Shown here piece after piece: positions 14,186 to 24,450 of a stretch of DNA of 64,000 nucleotides. The stretch comes from Takakia lepidozioides (lineage: Eukaryota > Plantae > Bryophyta), in the NCBI GenBank assembly GCA_030704615.1, contig CM060733.1, positions 5,766,001 to 5,830,000 of the forward strand. The letters run 5' to 3'. The position numbers were made by a program, and so were the translations under genes. Below the pieces are notes generated by a model. That model was given only the letters and a program-made list of their open reading frames with translations, was not told where the DNA came from and searched no databases. Every line of letters starts with the position of its first letter. The stretch's first letter is position 1.

Positions 14186-16699
14186 TGGATTTAGTTTTTT
14201 TTAATAATAAAAAGGTGGCAAATGGGTGGGATACTATATATTGACATGGGCTAAATTGACAAAGAGTCAATCTGCCAGAGAGTGAGATTCCAATTACTCG
14301 TCATCCCCTCCACATTCAGGCCCAGAACGGTCGTCCCACGCACCAGCGAGGGGTGATTCTTTGGTTACACCGTCCACCACTGTTGTTATTGATGTAATTA
14401 TAGACTGCACTAAAATTGTGCAAGAATGTTGGTGCAGGTACATGATCCATGTCATTATTTGAGAGACATGATGTCATGTAGGGTTCATGTTACTCCGGAT
14501 TATGTGGATTCCAGGTTAACTAGGTGTCCCAAAGTATCTTGACCGTGCCTAATCACCGGTTGCGGTTTCGCAAACATAGTTCCAAATAATGGTAACAGGA
14601 GCACCGCCCCCTTTTACCCCTTAGAACATTGGGTGGCATTTCATCCCAATCTACTAAGGAGGAACGTGTCGAATGAGGTGGTGGATAAAGCATAAATCCG
14701 TCTCCCGCGGGATTTTTATGTTCTATGGATTTGTCACAAGTCACAACATCTGGCTTGGCATTGGTTTGTCGTTTTTGCAGAGAATTTCATGGTGAGACAG
14801 TTAAGACCACATTCAATTTTTGGCATAAGGTAGTTACACGCAAATGTGAGCGCTTAAGCAGATATGCCCGTACAATTGGTGCAGTAAGGGGAAAAATTAT
14901 ATGACTGGATGAGCAATTGAACAAACAGCTTGTGGTTTGAATTGCATGAATTTTGGACGAAGTGGGTAATTGATATATATTATCAAAGTGGCAGGGCACA
15001 AAAATGCTATGCCTGAGCTATAGAGGGTACCATAACTCACTGAAATATTATCTAATATGAAGCCTACATGTGACCTGATATGCACGAGATGTGCACTTGA
15101 AATGGCCCAATAACTCACCCAACAGCTCGGCCCACAAGAGCAAAAGGTATCCTATAAAAGGCCTCCATTTAGCAAATACGCTGGTCACAGTATTCAGTAC
15201 GTTTTTGTTCATCTAACAAAGCACCATGGGGCCACAATGCCCATGAAGGAACCTAAATCAGCCCGTTGGCAGTAAGGTCGCCATTTAAGGGCAGGTGGGA
15301 CCACTTTACACCCCAAAAATAGGGGTCCATTTTGAGACCTGCTCATATTTGGGTGTTTCTACCTTAGAGGACTTAGATCCATGAAAACGCATATTCACAC
15401 ATGACCATTATGGCCAACCCGACTGGAAGGAAAGGAATAATTCGGTCAACTGGTTACTTAAGATGTGGGTATGTAGAGACTTTCAAGTCCTTGGGGGGTT
15501 GGTAGCAAGCAAGCGTGCTGCTCACGCGAGCATAGGAAAATGGAGGCATGAGCACAAAAACACCGCAATAGGGTCCCCAAGGACTCATCGGAAATACAAT
15601 GTGTAAGGTGGACATAATGTTCAAAACACGCGAATAGGCTCAGTTACTGTACATTTGTAATCTATATGATATAGAGAATACATACATAAAATGTGTATCT
15701 GTAATTGGTTGTATGTTTTTGTTTGACTTTTTCATTTTAACTTTTTCTCTTTTAAAAAAAACTTGTTTTAACGAATAAAATCGAAACTTTGTTGAGGTTT
15801 CATTTGTAAAATAGTGAACAGCAAAAACTATGCAACAATCTCATTTTAAAATTAAAACATTAATGGTAACTACAATATCGTGTAAATTATAATAAATTTT
15901 ATGTACTAAGTAACCAACTCTCTAGACATGTAACATTGATATATGAAGCGAGGTACAAAATCAAGTGTTTTTTTCAATTCTTCACACATGGACCAACGGC
16001 ACTAGTGGAATATTGATGCAATATATGTTTGAAATCAGAATAAAATAATATAAAAATATAAAGGATACTTAGGTCGTGATATAGCTACTGTACTATATAT
16101 GTTAAGTTCAACATGTGGTTCCGCCTACGACACGACCTTAGTTAGGCATATGTTATTTTTAATAATAGATGTATATAACAAAGAATCTCCTTTGGGCGGT
16201 GTCTTGACGTTACAGGCTTGAAACAGGTTATTAAATTCTCCTCTCACAATAATGAAGGGGCATGATTTGTGAGGTGTCAGACAAACAACCCCCCCCCCCG
16301 GGGTGTTTCCGCAAAAAATGGCGGAGATCCTTTTTTTTTTTTTTTTTGGGTTGGTTAACTTTATTCTGAAGTATTTTTGGTGGGCGATGGCCTTACAAGA
16401 AATTATTGGGAGGGAAAAACGTAAACCCTCGGATTACGCCATAAAGCACCCACAGTGTAGTCAGTGAAAAGGAGCCTAACCACTCATGCTGAGTTGTGCG
16501 AACTGCACCAACCATTGGCCGTTTGAATGGAGTGCATCTACCTAGGGTTGTTCCCTTCCCCCGGATTCAGTGAGCTAGTCTACTATTACTTAAGATACTA
16601 CAATTCGAAGAGCCTGGCTCTGATGTACAGACTTGCTCATTCCCTGTGCTGAAATGATTGATTAGCGGAAATTGAGCTTGGAGGCCTTTGATGACTGCT

Positions 16700-17120
16700 T
16701 GACGTGCTTCCAGTTGACATCCCTGTCAAACTCCGGCGAGGCTGTAGACGGTACCGCGGGCGTCCCTCCAGGTCCTTGGTGTCAACTTGTTCCAAATCAC
16801 AGCGAGCAGGGGAGGAGCTGTTGCAGATAATCCCATCCCTCCCCCAAGTCGCAACAAAAGGTATCGTGGAGCTAGGTTGCTTGCTGGTCCGTTCTTGCTC
16901 TTTCGATATCTATACATAGTTTTTCCAAGCTTTCCTGGCTTCAATTTGAATGTCCATGTATATTTTTGCAAGGATAGTGGAAGTCCTAGTGTTTTTTGCA
17001 CAGAAAGTTCTTTCGCACCTCGCTCTCCAGAGATGCCAGAGTGTGGCACTTCTGAGGGTATCATAGATTGGACAGTGACGGGCTTTTGTTTTTTTTGTTT
17101 GGTCGTAGTTGATCATCAAA
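16700..17120 (-). mobile_element. LINE (L1-like) ORF2 C-terminal fragment, degenerate
   Basis: LRSATLWHLWRARCERTF resembles the LWxIWxxRNxxxF motif at the end of L1-type ORF2. In-frame stops follow. Confidence 0.55.
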
Positions 17121-17339
17121 GTTTTAGCTTACGTTAATCACTTTCCTTTTAATATATAAAATATTACATGATGCTTTGAACTTAGTAATTAAGCACAAAT
17201 TTCGTGTACCTGTTAAACAGGAAATAAATCCCAACCCACCAAAGCGCGAAGTGAGTAAGATGCAAGTAGCACAGAATGAAAAAAACATGGAATGAAATGG
17301 CTCTGAGAACTGCTCCAAGGAGCTCTTAGGACCACGCGA

Positions 17340-18170
17340 CAGCTCTGGATGTGAATGTCGTCAACGCCATTCAAAAAAATCCATTCAATGATACTGCAAA
17401 TACACCCTAATCCACGTGAATGCAAACTCTCGCTTTGGAATGACACAGACATAGAAGTGAATGTCGTCAACGTCATTCACTTTGGATTTGTGAATACACT
17501 GCTAATCAAGCCTAATGATTTCTCAAAAGAGGCAAAATCATTGGATGGAAATTGAATGTCGGCAACGACATTCAGAAACTCGAGTAAGGAACCCTCCTTA
17601 AAAACTCAATGGACATTCAAAACGTACATAACACTAAGGCCCTCATAATAACACTGGATGTGAATGGCGTCAACGCCATTCACAAAATTCCGAACAAGGA
17701 ACCAATAAATACACCCTAAGCTCCTAATCCATGTAAATTCAAATTGTCGCTGGTGAATGACACAGACAAAGAAGTGAATGTCGTCAACGACATTCACTTT
17801 GGATCTCTGATAACACAGCTAATCAAGCCTCAAGATTTCTCGCAAGAGGCAAAAGCATTGCAGAACAACTGAATGTCTGCATTGACATTCAGCAAATTGG
17901 AGTGAGGAACCCTCACTGTAAACTCTATGGACATTACAAAAACTTACATAACTCTGAGGACCTCTTAACAACTCTGGATGTGAATGTCGTCAACGCCATT
18001 CAGGGACATTATCAATTCTAATCAGGGACACTATAAATACACCCTAAGCTCCTAATCCAGGTGAATTCAAATTCACACTTAAGAATGACTAAGACAAAGA
18101 AGTGAATGTCGTCAACGACATTCAATTTGGATCTATGATTACAATCCTTACGAAGCCAAATTATTTCCCA
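17340..18170. repeat. About 2.7 tandem copies of a ~310-325 bp unit containing eight 22-bp palindromes
   Basis: TGAATGTCGT-CA-ACGACATTCA variants at 17352, 17458, 17553, 17661, 17775, 17870, 17981 and 18103. Flanking sequence repeats every third copy. Confidence 0.9.
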
Positions 18171-18689
18171 AAAAGTGCAGTAGAGTTTCCAGTATGATAT
18201 TGCACCTGTACACAACTCGCATCATGGCCCACTCTCCTCCAACCTGACTGTCAAAGTCGTTGGACCGTAAAATGTTACCATCTTTGGAGAACTCCCGGAA
18301 AAAACAGTATCTCCAGGTGAGACCTCTCCACTTCCTTATGTATGCCTCCAATGATATTTGGGAAGGGGAAACAATCGAAATGTTCAAGTCCTTCAAAGTC
18401 TGATCCAGCACAATGACGGCGCGCTTTTCGAGTTGCAAATTGTATATTTGTCAGTATTGCAAATAAGATACTCATCACATAATTGAAGAAAAGAAAACGG
18501 CTTATTTGAATACACACCTGACTCCAAAATGTAGCCTTGTGGAGCCAGTTATCAAACACCAAATCATTGATTCCTCCACCTTTGTGCCTACCAGCCACAG
18601 TCTCTGAAGTGAGAAGGACTCCAGTCCTTCAATATCCCTGCAGTATACATGGTTGGATCGTTTGCAGGGTCCGACCACATGTCAAGATA

Positions 18690-18950
18690 GTCTGGAATAC
18701 CGCTCAGGTGTGACATTGGGAATGTTTGAGGCACCTGATATATCGGGGGCAGCCATGGCACGACAAGTGAATGACCTTTTGACAAAGTATGGTTTGAATT
18801 CGCGCATCATAGCTTATGTCAAAGATGAAGGAGGTAATTTGGGTACTTTGACTGCAGCTTTGAATGCAGTCGTGTCTTGTGCCCCATTGGGACTGTCTGC
18901 ACCATTTGTGGGAAGTTGCTTTGGACATGCAATGTCCAAGTGTGGTAATT
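18690..18950 (+). mobile_element. hAT-like DDE transposase fragment
   Basis: LGMFEAPDISGAAMARQVNDLLTKYGLNSRIIAYVKDEGGNL...SCFGHAMSKC shows a hAT-like second-Asp region and CxxH motif. Confidence 0.6.
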
Positions 18951-20439
18951 ATTGTCCATCCAATCCAATCGGCAAAATTGGTAATTCATGAAGATAAGAA
19001 TAATGTTAATGACAAATCTTACACTCAACTTTTTTGTTCGATGACAATTAGCGACAATGTTGATAATTACAAACCTAGCCGTTAAAGAGGTTGGTGGTTT
19101 TTTTTAAGACTCAACTTTGTGGAACTCCAGATTCGATGACTTTGCATATGCTCTTATGGCAGAGCCTTAGATGAAAAGCTAAGGTAGTTGGACATTTAAT
19201 GACGACAAAGGCTATCTTTGGCTAAATGATTGTCATGCGCTAAACAATCATGAGATAAGCTAGCCTGGAAGCTGCGCTGGCCCATGTGAGGTCTTGCAAT
19301 TTGCATATTCAATAAGAGCATTGCATCCGGATCTCCAGATTAGTTTCTCAGGGTTATTTAAATGAAGCAAGCATCAGGCTAAAGCAGAATGTTTTGTGTG
19401 CACAAAAGGGCCTACGGGATGTGTTGAATTGTGCTGGATGAAGTTTGACTGATGCCCTACATGAGTGTGTGATTGGCCTTTGCTTCTGTGTGCTTTGCGA
19501 TAGATCCTCCTGTCAGCTTAGCAAAGTTTTAGAGCTTACATTCCCCTGTGATTGACATAGCCCGTAGAGGATAAGAGTATATCCATACGTCAGGAGATTT
19601 GGTGGAGATGGGGGGTAATCAGTACCTCGAGAGCAAGCGACGTCGGGTGCTTTGTGTGCAGATGCGATGGCTTTGAATTCCTCTAACTCTTGGGACATAG
19701 AAGACAACTCCTTCGAAGCTGCCTTTCTAGGTGTAGTAAGAGATCGCGCGACCCCAGAGCTGATTGTGAGTGGAGAAGTTGAGCCACCAATGCGCAAGCC
19801 AGACGACGAAATCCCACTGGACACGCCTTCAGACTACTGGGTTCAGCAATTTGAAGAGACAGCAACCAAAGAGGCGTGCAAACCTGTGCGGACAGAGGTA
19901 GAGGCTTGTCAACAAAGGCGAAAAGTTGCAGCTGGCAAAGAAATTGTTGAACGACTGCCCAAGGACGTGATTCAAGCTAGACTCAGGGCGGGAGAATTGT
20001 TGGCCTGAACTGGGTGTGCCCAACTTTACAGTGACCAGAGATCGCATGGGAAATCTAGAGAGTTTTCTACATCCCAAAACCCCCAGTGGATTCCGCCTGT
20101 GTGAGTTCGTGAAGGTGGCAGTGTTGCAGCATTGACGAACATTCGCCCTGTTTGGAATAGAGACCTGCAGGAGAGTGATTTCACGTGGGAACAAGCCAAT
20201 ACGGGCATACCTCACAATCGGTTTTCGTTTTCAGAGAGAGAGATTGTCATTTACCCAGGCGCTTCTTTTGATGATGAGAAGATAGGCCTCTGTGTTTTTC
20301 ATGATCTTGCCAAGCATTGTCCGCTGCATATCCTGGTTGTGGAAGAAGGGTGGTCCGAACTGTGACTCGAGTATCGTTCTGGCCGTTGAAGATTGCTGAA
20401 AGACTTTGGCATTTGCAAAGAGATGCAATCTATCTTAGT

Positions 20440-21023
20440 CATAACCATAGCCCCAGCTCGTGGGGTCACAGTTGCGGCAACCCAGCGACACTTTTGCGAC
20501 GGCGGGGGGTCGCAATGCCCGGAAGGAAAATAAAAAATAAAAAATAAAAAATTGCGACTCCCAAGCGTTGCTGGGGCGCCCCGCCGTCGCAACAACGTCG
20601 TTGGGCTGCCACGGCTGTGACCCCACGAGCTAGGGTTGTGGCGCTGCGACGTCCCTGCGACGCCATTGCGATTCCCTAGCGTCACAGCCTCCTGGGAGCA
20701 TCGTAACCCCCAGCGCGCTGGTGGGGGCGCCTAAGTGGGAAGGGGTGGTGTTGTGACTCCCCGGCGTCGCTGCCTCCCAAGAGCGTCGCAAAGCATGGCT
20801 GCAACGCCCAAGCGTCGCAACCCCCCCATCGCAATGGCGGTCACGCCCGGATTCTGGCGACGTTGTGACATCTTGCCACTACGTCACCTCAACGCCGGCA
20901 TTGCGATGCCCCGACGTCGCAAGGCCAGGGCGGGGCCCCTGTGCAACTGCAGTCGCAGTGAGGTCGGCGCGTCCGGCGCGGGGGGGCTATGGACGTCGCT
21001 AACCCCCCCTAAACGTAGTAGTG
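20440..21023. mobile_element. One terminus of a CACTA/EnSpm-type element with GC-rich subterminal repeats
   Basis: Ends ...CCCCCCCTAAACGTAGTAGTG at 21023, whose reverse complement is CACTACTACG. Many GTCGC/GCGAC motifs, and a ~60 bp inverted repeat at 20451-20510 / 20578-20636. Confidence 0.6.
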
Positions 21024-21139
21024 ACTGTTGTAAGCATTCTGTCCCAATAGCTACTCTAGTTGTTTCCACTAACTTTAGACTGTTGCATACTGAACTTTTA
21101 AAACCCAAGCATCGGGAGAAAATCCAGCCTCTTATGACT

Positions 21140-22905
21140 CAGTGTTATGTAGAACATTTGTCATTTCAATGCATCATAGACACAGGGTGTACTGTTTCTG
21201 CAATTCCCTTGCATGTAGTGCTGGTTTTGGGGTTGAAAATGACACCAGCCAAAGGAATAGAGGTTACCATAGCAGATGGTACCTCTTATGACTCTTATGA
21301 GCCCTTGAGCTTGGTTACTATTCCCATTAGGATTAGCAAGAAGCTGGTCACTATTACTGGTCTTGTCACTATATGCTTTTAGGGCTAGACTGGATGAGGG
21401 AGGCTGGTGCTTCTATTGACCTGGTTACTAATGTCATGCACTTAAAAGATGGTGAAGGGCAGGGTCACTAGGTCAATCTGAATATCATCCCTATATTAGC
21501 GGGTAGCAATGCGAGGCAACTTGCATGCATGAAGGCCGTGGTATGTGAGGTAAGGCAGCGGGCAAGTGATCATTCTAAATGGACTAAATTCTTTGCTTTT
21601 GATTCTGATCATGCTATGTTTTTGCATCAGTGGCACATACCTGCAGCCGGTAAAAAGTTAGGTGCCCCTATGCCCATAGAAAGTAATTCTACTCTTCTCA
21701 GGGCACCTACAGATATCGAGTTGCCTCCAATGTCCCAAGTAATAGTATCCACTGGTCTTGCCTTCATTTGTCCTAAAAGAAAATACCTAGAGATTGAGGT
21801 TTGGAAGAAATTGTCCCTGCAAAAACATTGCTTGGTGGCCATAGGGGTGTTGGTCAGAGGATTCAGAGGGGAGGTTAGAGTGTTGGTGGCCAAACCCGAA
21901 CAAATTCATGTCAAGCTCAAGCGAGGCCAGGTATTGGCAAGGTTTGAGTGTCGTTTCCCTTGATACCCTGTCTTTTGTTGATGCAACCTTACATTTTAGG
22001 GACATTGGTCTTGTTGATAATTCTTTGGACTGCTGATGGCTCTCACTAGTCTGGCTGCTACTCCTGAAGACCAAACTCTTTCGCTGAACAAGAAATTCAC
22101 TTTCAGCAAGTGTTGACTGAAATTAAGGTTGGAGAGTTATCTGAAAATCAGAAAGTTCGACTGCATGCTTTAATTCGTAAAAATCTGGAAATTTTCAGTC
22201 AGGGTCATGATCTAGGTTGCACTGATAGATCTGTCAAGAAATATGCTTACAAAGAATCGGTTCGAGAAAGAGTTGTCATAAAAGAAGAACTCACCAAGAT
22301 GTTGGATGCAGGAGTGATAAAACCATTTGTGTCTTCCTAGGCAAGTCCCATTGTGTTGGTAAGTAAAAGGATGGTTCCACTAGATTTTGTGTGGATTTCA
22401 GAAGGTTGAATGCTATGACCAAGAAGGATGTGTATCCTTTGTCACACATCAACAAAACTTTAGACCAGCTCAATGGAGCCACCATTTTTCTCCTCTTTGG
22501 ATCTTGCTTCAGGCTTCTTGCAAGTCCCTCTTACTCCTGAATCCAAAGAAAAAACTGCATTTACTTGCAGGTATGGCATGTTTCAATATGAAACACTGCC
22601 CTTTGGATTATGTAATGTTGCCGCTACATTTCAGAGGCTCATGGATATAGTGTTGGGGAATTTAATGTGGGAATGTGCACTTGTCTATGTTGATGATATT
22701 AACATATATTCCGGCAGCTTTGAGTCTCACTTGTTGGACCTACAGAGGGTGATGAGTTGTCTTCGAGTAGCTAGGCTAAAGGTAAAGGCTAAGAAGTGTG
22801 ACTTTTGCATGGTTGAGCTCATGTTAGGTCATATCTTGTGTGTCGAAGGAATCAAGCCAGATATGTCCAAAATTCAATCTGTTTGGGATTTTCCCATTAA
22901 CAAAC
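21140..22905 (+). mobile_element. Ty3/Gypsy relic A: aspartic protease, dUTPase-like domain, RT; truncated
   Basis: IIDTGCTVS protease (~21175); dUTPase-like VSTGLAF...GVLVRGFRGEVRVLV (21690-21960); RT LDLASGFLQVP...KTAF...LPFGLCN...YVDD (22110-22890). Stops and frameshifts are present. Confidence 0.88.
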
Positions 22906-23519
22906 ATCTTTGGGCGGTTCAGAGAAGGCACAAGGGATTACAAGCCATGAGCTCTTCATTCGATTGCAGCCGGATCATCCTACGGACGGCTCAGTCATGA
23001 GAGCTAAAGCCATTGTTACGGACGCGATGTCTTATGATGTGCTTGTTGGTGGGGCGGTGTTATGGGATTCACTTTGGACTTTTGGGAGGAAACGACATCC
23101 TACAGGCCGGAATGGCAGTCAGGAGATGGCCGACGTGCACTGCTCCCAGTGCGGTTTATTGGGAATATAGCGGTGGATCATAGGAAAATGATGCCCACAT
23201 TGGCTGCATTCTCAGGGGTGGTGGCTTGGGGTGGTGAGCTCTTGGAGGGAAATAGCCATGCAGATGATAGGCCATCACCTGATGAGGACAAACAATTGGC
23301 ATACAAGGCTGATTTGTTCCTCATGTGTCTCTGCATATTCCACTGTGGGGTACGGTTGGGAATTTGCATCGAGTAGCAGACAAGTGTGTGCACCAAGCAT
23401 GGCAGGAGCCCTTTCCATTGGTGAGTGAGGGGAGTTCAGTGACATCACCTGGACCTCCTGAGTTAACTCCTTTGGACACAGTGCCCATTGCCTGACAACC
23501 ACCTGACTCAGGGATTTGT

Positions 23520-24450
23520 TTGCTAGATTTGTTTGGAGGCATAAGCACTGGGCTTGCATGAGTATTGCAAGCAGGGATTAAAGTACGCAAGTACTTGTAT
23601 GTGGAGAAGGATGAGATAGCTCGGCGTATTTCTATGCGCCACATCGCCTTGCTCACACACCGATATCCTGAGTTGTTGCCTCTCTCAGCAATTCAAGGGT
23701 ATCAAAAGGCCTTGCCAGCAGACATTACCTTATTGGGGACGGATGATTTGGACCGGCATGGTGCCATTGACTTGGTGATAGCCGGATGGCCTTGTCAAGG
23801 ACACTCTCCCGCAGGTCATGGGAATGGCTTGCATGATGCACGATCGCATTTATTTTGGGAGATGTTGCGAGTGTTGCGAGACTTGCAGACGAGGCAAGTG
23901 CAACCTCTAGGCTATATCCTAGAGAATGTTCCTCTTATGGGGGATTCTCGAGCCAGGGTTATGACCAGTGTGCATCAGGTGCGGTCTTGGATTGGATCGG
24001 CGGTGCTATTGGATGCAGCAGCGGTGGGATCACGCGCGCATTGACCTCGATTGTGGTGGACCAATCTTGCACCACCAGAGCTGCTCAAGAGAGCATACGA
24101 TTCCATTCAACGGCCATCCAATCTCACGGTTGAGGGCATTTTGGACCAAGGGAGACAACCACAGAGGGTGCGACATGATGACCGTCCACCTCTAGCAGTG
24201 GTCAATCGAGTGGAGCAGTCACGTGCGGCCTTGCCTACACTCATGAGCTTCCCCTCGTCTCATGCTTTCCGAGACAATGGTCCTGGGTTGATTTGGGACA
24301 GTGTGCTACAGCAATTGGTGGAGCCCAATGCGGATGAGCGAGAGCGGGCAATGGGATTTACCGCCGGCACTACAGATGTGTCATCTCTGTCAGAGGCATC
24401 ACGCCATCAAGTGTTGGGTCAAGCAATGGATCTAAATTGCTTGACATGGG
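23520..24450 (+). pseudogene. Retrotransposon-borne DNMT3-like C5 cytosine methyltransferase domain with two in-frame stops
   Basis: Motif I [55 protein letters not shown] and X LGQAMD, all in one frame and in canonical order. Confidence 0.9.

Noticed and set aside
14250-15650. Possible transposase relic
   Set aside because: Only short broken ORFs; no motif I can support.
17352-18124. CRISPR array interpretation of the palindromic repeats
   Set aside because: Spacers are 73-100 bp and recur every third unit, there are no cas genes, and the context is eukaryotic.
20735-21382. 215-aa ORF as a single gene
   Set aside because: Chance read-through from the GC-rich CACTA end into the Gypsy protease.
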